A stretch of DNA of 64,000 bases from Porpidia crustulata (Eukaryota). The notes beneath the pieces were generated by a model. It was not told the DNA's origin, searched no databases, and worked only from the letters and a program-made list of their open reading frames with translations. The stretch covers positions 1-64,000 of the forward strand of contig CAXUWE010000001.1 of NCBI GenBank assembly GCA_964255105.1, in the 5' to 3' direction. Shown here piece by piece: positions 36,410 to 49,461 of this stretch. Numbering within the stretch: position 1 is the stretch's first letter; each line of letters starts with the position of its first letter. The position numbers and the translations under genes were made by a program.

Positions 36410-37127
36410 ATGGCGACCAATGCCAAAACCGGAGCTGCGCGGCAGTTGAAATCTGCTAGAGGAGCTATCGCCGTACGGAATGTATGGTAGATGAACTATC
36501 GTTTATATGTGTGATAGCTAATTTTAAGTAGAAGTACACAGTCCAGTCCACGGGGATATGGGACCGGATAAGGAGAGCCCTTGCGGTCGATCCAAATCGC
36601 TCTACTGGAATCCCATTAAATCCTCAATATCGCAACCCCCCTCCAGGTGCCAATCCACCAGAAGCCTACGACGATCCGATAACTCTTCCAGCTGGGGATA
36701 TTGCAGAAAACCCTTATTACAAGAGAGATGTACGCCGCAGCTATCCTCGCTTGAGCGTGGTGAAGCAATCGGACGCGGTTGGGCTACTGACCGTTGGGAG
36801 TAAAGCAAGCCCAAAAGAGGATATACTACGAATTGGAGATGCAGGTACAAAGCAATTGGTTCAATTGAAGCAGGATGGTGAAGGCAAAGGATTGTCGGCT
36901 TTATTTGAAAAGGATAAAAACACCCGGGCTAGTGTTTTCGGACCTAATGGACTGCCACCTTTTCCTTGTGGGATGAGCAGAGTATCATCGGAAGGGGGAA
37001 GGTGGTATGTTATGGATGCCGATCGTGAGGAGGGTTTCCCTGAAGAGTACGTATCATTGATGCTATTGAATCGACAATGTGCTAACGTTAGATGTTCCGT
37101 AGGTATCCTTGTCGAACGTTTGTATAG
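36410..37127 (+). CDS. NADH:ubiquinone oxidoreductase 21.3 kDa accessory subunit (NUZM/NDUFA7-like)
   Basis: KYTVQSTGIWDRIRRALAVDPNRSTGIPLNPQYRNPPPG..YDDPITLPAGDIAENPYYKRDVRRSYPRLSVV, C-terminal YPCRTFV; two introns. Confidence 0.9.
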
Positions 37128-38561
37128 TGGTGCTGGTAGATATTGGCCTTAAGGGCTGCTCTTACCGCAGAGACAGTTCCTAGCTTAAACACTATTCGGG
37201 AGAGACTCAGGAGCATATTAATTCGTCTCCTAGTCGTCAGGCTTCTTTTTCCCCAACCTTATCAATGTCTTCCCTCAACGGGCATTTACGGCCAAGTACT
37301 ATGCAACATACCTTTCATTATTATCCACATACTCTTTGTCCCGTATCTTCTAATCTGAATTATCCTTCGTGTGAGGTGAGAAAGAGTGAAGGTAAGTACC
37401 ACAAGCGTGGAGTGTATTGAAGACCCCAATTCCGAGACTTTTAGATGAAGCTCTTAGTATATTGGTAAGCGAGCTATATCAGTCAAGCATGAGAACAAAT
37501 ATCCAAAACTGAGCTCTGTTTGCCTTTCACATACGCCCAACAGGCCAAATCCCCGCTCATGAGGCCACGCAGGGACAGCAAGCGACCACAGCCTTCAGTA
37601 CAGCACAGAAACCGTCACGCCCGGTGATACCAGCAGCAGCTGGAGGTACTCGAGTGGAAGCCACACTGATTATTTTCTGCACACCCACATCGCCCCACTA
37701 GCCATTCCAGCGTCGCTATCTACCAGTCAATAGATGAAGGTCACCATCTCAGGCAGATACGACGCCAACGCCGCGTACACTATCTGGCCGCGAATCTCAA
37801 CGGCATCCCCGATCTGAACTCTCACTCATTGGCCGCCGGGATTGTTAGAGACGCTACCTCTTCGCAGCACCGCCATGCTTCCTAGCTGCTCGGTACTCTC
37901 TACCAGACCGGCCGAAGGGTCCAAAGGGCCGTGCGGCATTGCCGGGTAGCTCTGGACGTCAGAAGTGCTCGATGTTAGGAGGTTGGTGGCAGTGAAGGGG
38001 TCATCCTTTGAGCCAGATAAGAGGATACGATTACCGGCAATCCTACCTTCGATGGTCTACATAGACGTGTGCTAGTCCTAGGCAAGAAAAAATCGATAAT
38101 GAGAATCTTGATGCCGGTTGGCTCAGATGACGCATGTCTCACGTTGCCGTGCGGGGATGCTTGATTGGAAATTTGGGGACGATTCTTCGAAGTCATTGAG
38201 TAGTTCAGGCGAGTGGTATTCGTTGTTAGCTACTGAAGTCTTTCAATTGAGGCCGTCCAATTCCTAGCTGAGGCCAGGGTTATGTCAATGTGCTCAAGCG
38301 GACCGTTTAGTAAAGTCAGCTATTGGAGAAACGATTTTTATCAAAGGTAATAACGTAGAGTTCATTGTAAGCTTACTTAATGTTCAAAGGGGCATGACTG
38401 ATTGTAGAATGCTCAAACTTTCAACATCGGGCTACTTTACTATTGTTACATCAAGCTACTGTTCTAGTGCTACAGTAAGTCCCTCATGAACATGTACCGC
38501 CACCAATTCCCACCTCTCCGACTGTTGCACTACCAATTTAAAGCCTACTGACGCGACACGT

Positions 38562-39072
38562 TTAATCGAAAGGGTTGGTGCGAGTTCCCCACCATGAAAG
38601 GAATAAGCTGAGGCCAACGGTCTCGAAGACACGGGCAAGAGCTCCAACAGCAACAGTGTCCAAGGGACGTTTCTCGGTGAAGACTTGGGAGATGAACTAG
38701 AATCATGTTAGTGAGGACGATCATCACAGTGAGTGTGCTTTGTTAGCATGGGAAGCTTACGCTTGGTGCTGAACTGGCCATGAAGATCAGACTGCCCAAG
38801 TACGCAGCTCCCTTGTAGCTCAAAGTACCGGTCGCGTTAATCAAAGCTCCAACGCCGTACGACTGGACAGCGCTTCCAATCAATGACGAACCCCAAGCGG
38901 CGGCGGCACTTGCAGCCTCCTTGGACTTGAGAAATTCTTCCTTCGAGTTGGCAGCTTGCGCACGGTGGTAGGTATCGCCAAAGACAGGTGCAAGGATGGC
39001 GAGGGAGGCGGCGTGATTGAAGACTGTGCCCAAGGCGATTGCCGAGGGCTTTACAGGAGGAAGGTCTATCAT
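38562..39072 (-). CDS. Small multi-pass membrane protein (possibly DUF1761-like)
   Basis: LPPVKPSAIALGTVF..GALINATGTLSYKGAAYLG | FISQVFTEKRP..LSWWGTRTNPFD; GTAAGC..CTAAC..TAG intron ~38697-38760. Confidence 0.8.
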
Positions 39073-39994
39073 ATATTCGTGTTAGCACAAAACTCGTAAA
39101 CTGTGTCTAACAAAGACATCAAATATCTCGATCAACCGTCTTGGATCTACACAATTTTACTCAATCCTGCCAAGTGTTGCCACAAATTATATTTTTGATG
39201 GGTTGACCGCTAACACCAATGTCATCACCTTTCGCCCGTCCGACCAGCTCTCTCCCCCGTGCGCGACATTCATTAATGGACATGCTAACTTACAGCTAAG
39301 AGTTGCCATTGTAGTAGACTGGTTAAGTGCAGATTGTACCGTAATGGTTGATGGATTTGTGATGATTATCCTGGAGACGGAATGGTTTTTTCAGAGAGGA
39401 AATTGGAAACGAAGATGAACCATCAAACGGGCAGATGATGTCAGTTTTGAGATTTTTGGCGCTAGCAGTAGCTCGGCGAATCCTTGGTCATTGAATACAA
39501 TGACCGCATCCCGTTGCTATCCACCCACTTTAGCCTGGTAATTTTGATTTAGGTACGAAATCAAGGCACACATGCGACATGATGACAGCGAAGGATAATT
39601 CAGTAAATTACCGTATATTACCTATCACAATTACGCAAGGGTAAGGTAGGTAGGAATCACTGCAGTAACTAGTGCCCAAGACACACCCGTGCGCATTTAG
39701 AAGTCTTCCTAATGATATGCCTTTCGTGGTATTTACTGCTAACACCGCCGACATACCAGAGGGATCAAGTTGCAATACCGGTCAGGTATGTGACTAACAT
39801 TGCTACTGACGAGACGTAAAACGGTCTACCCGTGTTTGGTGTCCAGATCTCTCGAACGCATACCTAAAACTTATGAGCTTCAAGAACAGACTTCAGCCAG
39901 TGCCACTTCCTATCCCCGAGCAAACACCATGCAGCATGTTGGCACATCGCCATATGCCCTAGATCGACAGGTCGGCCTACTCCCCGGCTGATCC

Positions 39995-42900
39995 TCATGA
40001 CCATCGCGCTCCGCCACTAACCTGCCTCCGTCGTCGAGAATTCGGTGCTGGCATAGGACTTGCTTCCAGCCCCGATGTAGCCGGTGCCATGTTCTCATCC
40101 TTCTTTGGCGACGATAGTACCAATTGCCTTCCCGAATGTGTTGAAGTCGTGCGTGGCAGTCGACTCTTTGATCCTCCTCCGAAAGGGTGAGCCATGCCGG
40201 TCATACCATTCATGCCACTTCCGTCTCTACCGGCAGGTCTGAACAAAACCGGCGCGTTCATATTGCTCTTCGGTCTATAGTCTCGGTCAAGGAAGTAAGC
40301 CGTCGAATGTATGGATCGATTACCAGTTGGCGTGGGTGGCATTGAGCGGCTTGCTGGTAGACTTGGAGGTGTAGTTGACGAACTTGAGCGTCGTCCTGTC
40401 CTACGTTTACCTCCACTCATACCTAATTTGTCATGGCTCTCGCTCGATTTGATCAATTCGCTGGCCATGTTCCGGACCAGAACAGCCCCATCAACTTCCG
40501 CAAGTCGTTGAATGGTATCAACAAGGCTATACCTATTGATGAGCGCTCCTTGCTCATCGCTGGCGTCACAGATACTGCGGACTATGCGTAGGAGGTTCAA
40601 CCGCACCACAGCCTTATGGGATAACAGTTTCTGCAATATACGTGAGAAAAGGTCTGTTTGAGCCAAACTCAGCGCTATCGGTGGACTTAAGCGTAAGAGC
40701 TTTTGTAAGGGCTCAAGCAAGTTCTCAAAAGCGTTAGCCTTGGAAGTTGTGAAGCATTTGATGATGGCTTTTGTGAATGACCCGTCTAGAAGGTGCTCCT
40801 CTACTTTAGCAGTCTCTTCCTGGAGCCTATGAAAGTAAGCAGATGGTAATTTGAATGAAGTCAGCAGTATAGTCACCAAATAAAGATTGCGTCCAAAGCC
40901 GTGACCTGCCAATAGGGATCCGCAAGGAGCGAGATGTAGAATTGGAGCCCCTTGTTCCGCCATAATTCGCGTCGTCCGACCTTACCCGAATGCGCCATGT
41001 CGCAAAGGATTGGGAGAGCGAACTCCTTCAGTGGTCTTTCTGTCTTGACTATTCGTTGCAATACTGGTATTATACCGTTGAGAGCCGCATCCTCCTGTCT
41101 TGACTTATTTAGACGACAAAGATTATATATTGTGTTTAGGACTTGGTTAGAGATCTCTCTGAAGTGGGATTCCTTGGAGCTATTGCGCAGCAGATCTGTG
41201 AGCACATCGATCGCGTTCGAGTTTTGTAGCGAATCAAGAGTTGTGGAAAGCATAGACAGATTCTTTATGAACTTTAGCATAGTAATCTGGTGATTTGGTG
41301 ACATTCTTTTCAATTCCTTAAGAACACCTAGTTCGGAGGTCAGCGTCATGTCCTCCAGGCCCAGCGGTTAGGTTACTTACGATGGAGGACGGTACGATCT
41401 GCAACTAGTTCCTTTACATGATTTTCTGCCTGTGAGAAGAGAAAGAATATGTTTGCGATTCGGCCTTCACATAGCTCCGCCCGCTGGCCTTCCTCGTCAA
41501 GAACCCTGCTCAGGACCAAAGACAATGGATCAAGGACAGAACTTCGAGAGAGGATGCGGCAAAAGTCGTTCTTCGGCGTCGGGCCCTGTAACTCAAAGAC
41601 ACTCCAAACACCATTAACACCAACAAGGACAAGATCACGCTCTTCTTCATAGTCTTCCTCGAGAAATTCAACAAGAACCTTGAGGCCACCTGCGCTGACA
41701 AACATCTGTAGGGTTAATGTCGAAGTTTGATACATTTGACGGACAAACTCTGCCGCTTCGAGTCGTATCTCACTCGAGTATCTCTTGGAGGCATATCTCG
41801 TGATTATAGGTATGCCTCCTACAAAGCAAAGATTCTCTTGGACATCAACGTCATTCAAAATTATCATATTGACAATCTTGAGAAGATGATAGATCACGTC
41901 TCGATGGCGGCATGTCTCCAGGATCTCCAACAGGGGAAGCATGCCGTGAGCGCTGATGATAACGCTCCGGGTCTCAGGGAGGTCGGAGAGGACATCATGT
42001 AATTGCTCCGAGAGGTCCGCCAGCATATCGTCTTCTTGGGATATCTTAAGCGATCCGACCAACCCTTCGACCTGGGTACATAATCGCGCATATTTGTCCC
42101 GAGCAACATTGGCTTCGAGGTCCATTTCGTCAAATCCTTCCTCCAATTGGGCGAAAGGATCGTCATCGTCGTCATCATCACCCAGCCATGAATTATTCGA
42201 CAGCTTCGAATTAAGCATGAGGGTACCGCTGTCAGAGCCCTGTTCACTCACGGGCTTGTCGAGCATAGCGTTGGCTTTCCCAAATATGTCTGAAAAATCT
42301 TCGTCGTGCTCATCCTCCGCATATCTTTGAATCTCCACTGATGACCTTGTTCTTCGCATCAAAGGCTGTCTTGATTGGATGGAATGTTGGCGCCGCAGGC
42401 TGCCCCCCGATCTTGGGGGCAGCATCGATTGTGCCGTGCTTTTCAGATCTGATGAGCGGGGGAGCATTGGAGACGGTAAGTCAGGTTTCTAAAGCACGAT
42501 TAGCTAAACCATCCTAGCGCTGTGATGCAAGTGAAGCACACTTTACTCAAAGGCGATTTCCTATCAAGGTTTTCCCCAATCCCGGGCATCAATTCTAAAT
42601 ATTCATTTACGGATGCCTCCGCGTGAGACACAATTGGCGGTGGTACCCCAAATGACCTGGACGTTGACTGTCTTTTATACAAGCCCGTTGGAACTATATT
42701 TTGACGACCTGCCCCTTTAGTCGATTTAGAATTTAGAGACTTAGTAGGCGCTGTGTTTTGAATTTGGTTCGTGGTCGCACGTTTCGGATAGTACGGTCGA
42801 ATAGTCCGAAGCGGATCTGGCTCGTTCAACTGCAAGGGGCTTTTGACAGTAAGGTCTCCCTCGAAATTATCATCCCAGTTGGTCTCCTCGGTCACGGTCT

Positions 42901-44236
42901 CAAAGGATGCATAAGCCTTGAGTTTCTCAGATGATAGCAAGCCGCCAAAGTTATCTTGGGGTCTCAGATGGGGTAATTGCAGTGCGCTGGGTGATATAGC
43001 TGAAGCGAAATCATCATCCCAGTTATCATCAGCCGTACTCTCTGGAGATCTGAAATGTTCTGTTTGGATTCGTGGCTTGACTAGGTTCAAAGGCCCCTTG
43101 ACTGGCGTTGCAAGCACAGCGACCTGATCGCGTCGCCCAGGCACTGGACTAGATGACATTGGCCGCGATATCCTCCGTAAGGATCCTGCGTTCGGTGACT
43201 TGAGGGCCTCATTCCACTGTTGCACGCTTTTGACTGCCTCATCATATTCAGTAGGCTTCTTCGGCACCACCGAATCTGATCTGCGAGCGGACACGATCCA
43301 GGGATGTTTAAGAAGCTTACGTGCAGAGACTCTTAGATTAGGATCTTTCTGAAAACATTGCATCAAGAAATCTCGAACTATTGGAGAAGCACCCTCCGGA
43401 AGTGGAGGATGATCATCGTTGACAATTCGGAAGAGGGCGTGCATTGGCTGCAGCTTGTGGTACGGAGGTTTCCCATCTAATAGCTCAATTACTGTACAGC
43501 CTAAGCTCCATATATCGGAAGCTGTGGTAGCACCCGACAGCTCAATAACCTCAGGAGCCATCCAATACGGGGTACCAACAACGCTAGATTCGTGGAGCGT
43601 TGTTGTTCGTGTCGCCACACCGAAATCCGCAAGCTTAACAAGTCCTTGTTTAGTTGTGAGTATATTAGCCCCTTTTATGTCTCTATGGATAACTCCCTGT
43701 TCGTGGAGATATAGTAATCCGTGTAATACCTGCGACATGTAGAGGCCCACAAGGTTTTCAGGGAATTTGCCAAAATTTTTCGAGATTGAGTGGAGTGATC
43801 CGTTCTCGCAATACTCTAAAATGATATTAAGAGACTCTGCGGATTTCACGAATCCACGGTATTTGACAATATTGGGATGGTCCAAATTTTTGAGCAGGTC
43901 AATTTCAAGAGTGATGACCCTCAGTTCGCTCTTTGGCAGGTCTGCAAGTTTGACTTGTTTGACAGCGACAGTCTCCCCAGTACCCATATTGAGTGCTCTG
44001 AATACAGAGCCAAAGGCGCCTTTCCCTAGGCAATCCCCAAGCTGATAGTCTTTGAGTTCTGCAACATCGTGGGCTCCTGACGGAGAATTCCCTTCTTTCT
44101 TAAGATGCTGTGGATTGGCATTTCCCTGTGGTTCATTTTGCACCTCCCTCAACACGTTCTTACTTTTGGTGTGCGCTCCGTTTATCTGGCGAACATCCCC
44201 AATAACGTCCCCTTGTGAAGGAATCCTCGAATCCAT
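39995..44236 (-). CDS. sepH: Septation initiation network Ser/Thr kinase (SepH/Cdc7/Cdc15 family)
   Basis: YQLGDCLGKGAFGSV, VAVKQ, HRDIKGANIL, DFG, GTPYWMAPE, then ARM-like C-terminus (GPTPKNDFCRILSR, LCRLNKSRQEDAA); four exons. Confidence 0.95.
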
Positions 44237-44695
44237 TTTGCCAGCCTTTAGGCCCCAAGAGAAGCGCAGGGCTTCTCTTCAGTTCGGCGTAGGCCAAGAT
44301 TCATGGCAGGATAATGTCATCCATCAGTGGCTGAGGTGGAGGATTTATGGGAGGCCATTTAAATTTTGGGGCTCCCTTAGGTTTTGTGGCCCTGTGCACT
44401 ATACAATTGCTGACTGCTCGTGTATTCGTACAATCAGAATCGTTCATTTAGTCCACCGGGCTTTCGTGTTGTATCACTTATGCGTATATGTGTGTACAGA
44501 CTGACTTGGTCGACCATAACAGTAGGCACTAGTGAAATTGGTGATGCGTATTCGTTAGGGCTGACGGTGAATCCTAAAAGCATCAATCAAGGCGCTCGCA
44601 CAATTCACTACCGGACTATGGTTCAGTAATACTATTTGCATGTAATTATTTAGTTAATCTTAAATACTCAATTGAGCGCAAAGGCAACAATGGCT

Positions 44696-45949
44696 CTACA
44701 AATATGCTTTTGAGTACTTCCTCAAGAGGCGTAGAACATCTGAGACTAGATAAAGACTCCCGGCAATAACCAGGGGCCCACCAATGGATTCTATACTTGC
44801 AGCATGGAGCGCAGCATCGACATTGCCTGACACGCTAAGGATTCGACCATGTACACCAAGGAGTTGTGCAACGGCTGAGATCTCGTCTGCGGTTGCAGCC
44901 TGCACCCATGGCATACCATCGACAGGCCCGAACTCGACAGCTACCACGTTATCGTGTGACCTGATCAGGGATGACAGGATTTTCTGTATATCTTTTCCTT
45001 TTGAGAAGGCAACGACCCAGGTCACTGGAGAACTTTCTATACGAATCTTGCGGTTGACGTAGGAGTCTAGCACCTGAGCAGACTGAGTGTTGTGAGCTCC
45101 GTCGAGCAAAATCCTCTCTGTTCGGCCAGTGATAGGCTCAATACTCAAGAATTGTAGTCGACCGGGCGGTGTCGTGTCTTGAACGGCATATGCAAAGTCT
45201 TGTACTTTCGCTGATGGACGCAATTGCGCTATAACTTGTTTAATAACTTCAAATGCAAGACAGAGATTAGTCTGTTGGTGTCTTTCGAGATCTTCTCTTT
45301 GTAAGGAACTCAGTAGCGGCCTGTAATCTTCACACACATCCTGCGGAACACGGATGAAAGGCATTGCTCCAACTCGGTCCGCGACTGCTTTCAGCACTTC
45401 AATCACCGTCAAGGTATTTGTCCCATCCACGACACAAGGGGCTCCGGGCTTCATGATGCCTGCTTTTTGGTATGCAATCTCCTCCAGCGTTGTTCCAAGG
45501 AAAGCCTGATGGTCGAGCCCAATCTTCGAAATAACGGTCGCCAATGGGTGCTCTATAATGTTGGTGGCATCGAATCGTCCTCCCATCCCAACCTCAACAA
45601 CGCCGATTTCTACCTTTGCTTTGGTAAATAGCTTGAACGCTGTCGCGGTCAGCAGCTCAAATTCTGAGGCTTTAATGTCTTCAAGTTTGTTCTTAAGCTC
45701 CACTTCGGCTTCCGTTGCGCGGAAGAGCGGCTCGCTAACAACATTCTCATTAATGGTAATGCAATCCCATCGATCGATTAGATGTGGAGAGTTGAACCGC
45801 CCGCACTTGATTCCAGCAGCATGGAGCATTGCGGAAGTGTAAGCGCAGACGGAGCCTTTCCCATTGGTCCCTGCAACATGAACCGCCCGCCATGGCAGCG
45901 AGCTGTGCTGCAGAAGATGGCCAATTCGCCCAAGACCGAGATCAATCAT
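44696..45949 (-). CDS. FOL3: Dihydrofolate synthase / folylpolyglutamate synthase (FolC family)
   Basis: MIDLGLGRI, HVAGTNGKGSV, SPHL, EVGMGGRFDATN, DH..FLG, LLDGAHN, GSLYLV. Confidence 0.92.
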   Translation of the reverse strand: MIDLGLGRIGHLLQHSSLPWRAVHVAGTNGKGSVCAYTSAMLHAAGIKCGRFNSPHLIDRWDCITINENVVSEPLFRATEAEVELKNKLEDIKASEFELLTATAFKLFTKAKVEIGVVEVGMGGRFDATNIIEHPLATVISKIGLDHQAFLGTTLEEIAYQKAGIMKPGAPCVVDGTNTLTVIEVLKAVADRVGAMPFIRVPQDVCEDYRPLLSSLQREDLERHQQTNLCLAFEVIKQVIAQLRPSAKVQDFAYAVQDTTPPGRLQFLSIEPITGRTERILLDGAHNTQSAQVLDSYVNRKIRIESSPVTWVVAFSKGKDIQKILSSLIRSHDNVVAVEFGPVDGMPWVQAATADEISAVAQLLGVHGRILSVSGNVDAALHAASIESIGGPLVIAGSLYLVSDVLRLLRKYSKAYL

Positions 45950-46354
45950 GGCGGTATCAACACCATTCTCGACAGTACCATGCCAGACAGTCGAAGGTTA
46001 GCCGCAGCACCATGAATGTACATGCAAGAAAGCAGAATTGACTGATAATGTCAGGCACTTATTTCTATTTCGTACAAAACATAATCTCCCACATGAGAAA
46101 ACTCCGACCCTCGATCTTGGGAGTGGGAGGCTCAGGAACAAGCACAAACCGCTTATCCTTTCAGCCTTCGCTAGCATTGGGTTTGGTGGTTGGTAGAGTG
46201 CCTGCACCATGAGGTTCCAAAAGTCATTAAACCATTTTATCGTCCTTCAACGCTCAAAGCTCTACAATAACTTTTATTTGCCACGTGACCTGTGCACCTG
46301 CTCAGTCTCACCCACTCCCTGGGCTAGGTCAAATCAGGTCGACTCTTCACTAGC

Positions 46355-46364
46355 NNNNNNNNNN
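46355..46364. other. Assembly gap (10 N), intergenic
   Basis: Run of N. Confidence 0.95.
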
Positions 46365-46661
46365 GACTTCCCTCGTTCCCCCCCCTGTATGTTTGTCGCA
46401 ACTCAAAAATGCCACTTCCTCAGCCTCACAGGAATTCGAATTATTGTATCCAAGTCTGGCCGCCCCGAGTTCTATAGAGCAATCGTAGTCCTCCTCCTCG
46501 CGGGCTTTCTTGATCTCTAAGATGGGGTTACCGTAAGTTCGCCACTCCGGCCGATGTTGTGATCGCCTGTGCGCCCTTTTCACACGTCTGGTAGCCTCAT
46601 TATGCATCCTATGCGTTCACAAAATTCAGGCTACAAGAATACTAATTAGTAACGCTATAGA

Positions 46662-48107
46662 ATGTTCATTGAGCCTGAGACTACCGAGTCGAAAGCCACA
46701 ATTAAAGCAGATCCTTCAGCGCCCGCGCGGTCGGCCATCCGTCGCCAGCGCACCGTTAGATACAGCCCGCACATTTCCATGGATCGACCTTCATGGTCGC
46801 CCACACATTCTATCACCACTGCTCGTGAACCAGACCGACGCCCTCTCATTCACAGGATCTCTCGCCGAGACCCAACTCTAGCTCGAGCGCATGGAGATGA
46901 AACTATAGATATGGAAACGGAGGCTAACCTAGCGCATGTTGAAGCAAGCCAGCGGAGACGACAAGAAAGCGGACGCGCACTTCTTCGAGATGCGCTCAGT
47001 TACGAGCGTCAGGGCCAGCGCACGCGATCGCACCATTACCATCATCATCACCCACACCGCCGTCACCATCGCCTAGCCACGCAAGTATCCGCCAGCTCAC
47101 GTCATCTTAGTTTTACTGCTCAAGGTATTCCGTACTATTCAGACTCCAGATCCGGTTCTACAATTGCGAATATCGATGGCTCTTCGCCCCAACCTGTAGC
47201 AACGGAGGTGAGGTCACCACCACCTGAGTACATGCCAACTCCACCGTACACATCCGGAGACGCATCGAACCGGTCAACGCCACCTTCCGGAACTGCCTCT
47301 CTCACGCCACGATTTGCACCTGCGCGGAGGTACACTGAGACTGCCGAAGCTGCCTTTCGCCAATACACTGCTCGGTACAATCTGGACGGGCCAATGGAAC
47401 AGGAGCCAGATAGCCTCCGTGCAATGCGCCACATGACACACCAAAATCGGTCTCATCATAGTAGTGGTCGAACCTATTCAGAGTTAGATGCTGTGAATGG
47501 CCTCGGAGACCGGCGCCGAAGCTTCAGTCACGAAGACGATTCTTGGGAGACTCTTTTGACAACCATAGCACCTGATGAGCGCCTGCCAAGCGCGCATTCG
47601 TCTTTCACTTCTGCGACCGCCTCCGGTTCTTCGCTGTCTTCAGATTCCCCGTTATCGTACGGCACGCTTGTCACTGCGGCCTCATCCGTCGATAATCCAG
47701 ACACCTATCCGACCATTTGCGACAACACTGAATCCGAAGACTCAGACACAGATGACGCCAATTACGAAGAATTGGAGCGCCAACTCTTAGATTCCTCGGG
47801 GGATGATACCAACCATTTAGCCAGCCACCGCCATCGTGCCCGCATGAGAGCCCTCGAAATTGACCACGTGGAGCAACTTGCGAGGCAGGGTCAGGCTCTA
47901 GAACGCGAAGAAGAGCTTAACCAGATGGAAGCTCGTCTCGATCGTGCAGAGCAGCTAGTACACAGACGAATGCCAATCGATGCAGACGAGGTCCGACAAA
48001 TGGAAGCTCAACTAGATCGTCGGCAGAGGGAGATTCCGGACGAGGCATGGGCACTTGCGGCACGGAATCGAGCTACTGGAACGCGCGCGGGACGAGAGAG
48101 GCTATAA
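46662..48107 (+). CDS. Uncharacterised low-complexity fungal protein
   Basis: 481-aa ORF; RSAIRRQRTV, His tract, GLGDRRRSFS..DSWETLLTTIAPD..LPSAHSSF, ends in RERL. Confidence 0.85.
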   Translation: MFIEPETTESKATIKADPSAPARSAIRRQRTVRYSPHISMDRPSWSPTHSITTAREPDRRPLIHRISRRDPTLARAHGDETIDMETEANLAHVEASQRRRQESGRALLRDALSYERQGQRTRSHHYHHHHPHRRHHRLATQVSASSRHLSFTAQGIPYYSDSRSGSTIANIDGSSPQPVATEVRSPPPEYMPTPPYTSGDASNRSTPPSGTASLTPRFAPARRYTETAEAAFRQYTARYNLDGPMEQEPDSLRAMRHMTHQNRSHHSSGRTYSELDAVNGLGDRRRSFSHEDDSWETLLTTIAPDERLPSAHSSFTSATASGSSLSSDSPLSYGTLVTAASSVDNPDTYPTICDNTESEDSDTDDANYEELERQLLDSSGDDTNHLASHRHRARMRALEIDHVEQLARQGQALEREEELNQMEARLDRAEQLVHRRMPIDADEVRQMEAQLDRRQREIPDEAWALAARNRATGTRAGRERL

Positions 48108-48634
48108 TTTTGGGCTCAACATGCTACAAGCTCTACGCTCGAAGTATCTGATGAGAAGCTAGACTCCTGTGTGAGAAAGTTACGAGCGGCCCGGGATCTC
48201 CGTAGACCTTAGGCTTTCGGAATGAAGGGAGCTGCGTTGTTATACTAGAAGAATCTCGGCGTACAGTGTTCATGTTCTCTGTCTGCCATAGTGCCTGCGT
48301 ACCGCAACGGGAACACTTACTAGGCAGTCTTCTCCAAAATGTACTTCTACTTTGCGGCGATTAACCCTGTAATTATGTCTGCTTGAGGAAAATGGACTTT
48401 CGGCATCCAGCCTTCCCTTTAGGCTCTATGGTTTGCGCCATCCATGACACCAGCCGCTGAGAAGAAGCGCTCACTATATAGAACGAGAATCTGCCCGGGG
48501 ACACAGCTTGTTAAGTTTAGGCGTCTATCAAATACCTACCGAATTTTCAAATTCGCCTTCAATCACGTTTTGTTCGGATATGTGGGCCATGCAGCACGAT
48601 ATCCTACCTTGCCACATCCACAAAACCACCCAAA

Positions 48635-49461
48635 TTACGTACCGCCCAATTTTCTCCATTCGTCGTCCTCCCAGCTCAAGATTACTTCATGGCACTCCAA
48701 CCTGTCCTCAACAATTTCTCTCCCGTTCACGAAGTCATTCTCCTCCACCCTTCTAGCGGCACCTTCCTCGTCCTCTACCAATCCAGCCTTTATGTGCCTC
48801 CCTAGCAGCCTTCTCTTCGCAGTTTCCCACCCAACCTCCACAAACCACAATTCATCCATCATCGACGCTGCCTCCTTCCACAATCCTTGATTCAGACTCA
48901 AATAGTTTCCCTCCATGAGCACAACTCTCACTGTCGGCGCAATGGCAATATCATCGTCCACAGGATCTTTGACAGCGTGGTCGAAGCTCGGCGCAAATAT
49001 CGTTTTGCTCTCGGGCAACAGTGGCTCGCGCAGTTGCTGCACTAATCTGAGGAATGATGAGGAGTCAAATGTGAAGGCGGCGCCGCGGCGGGCGTGCGCG
49101 GTGGTGGGGTCGGGAAGGGCAGATAGTTGTGCGCGGGAAAGATGATAGCCGTCCATGGGGACGAATACTGCAAAAGGGGTCAATGCTTGGGCAGGTGAAT
49201 GGAGCTTATGAAACGAGTTGAGGCGTTGGGAGACCAGGGAGGCCAGGGTAGTTTTCCCTGGGAACTGTAAGTCGGGGTGTAGTGCATGATATCGTGTGAG
49301 CTTACCGGAGCCTGGGATGCCTGAGATCGCTATCAGAATACGTCGGGAGGCTGGGCTCTGCTGCCAACTGTCTTGGGAGGGTCATGGAGGTGCTTCGATA
49401 GATCTTTGAATTCGTGCTTACCCCAGACCTTGTTGACTAGTCGCTCAACCTGGGCGTCCAT
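48635..49461 (-). CDS. YFH7: Phosphoribulokinase/uridine-kinase-family P-loop kinase (Yfh7-like)
   Basis: MDAQVERLVNKVW, IAISGIPGSG|KTT (Walker A split by an intron), PMDGYHL, RRGAAFTFD, APSFDHAVKDP, EGNYL. Confidence 0.9.

Noticed and set aside
23379..49461. Cofactor biosynthesis cluster (PPCDC, BCAT, FOL3, P-loop kinase)
   Set aside because: The genes are scattered among unrelated housekeeping genes with no cluster architecture.
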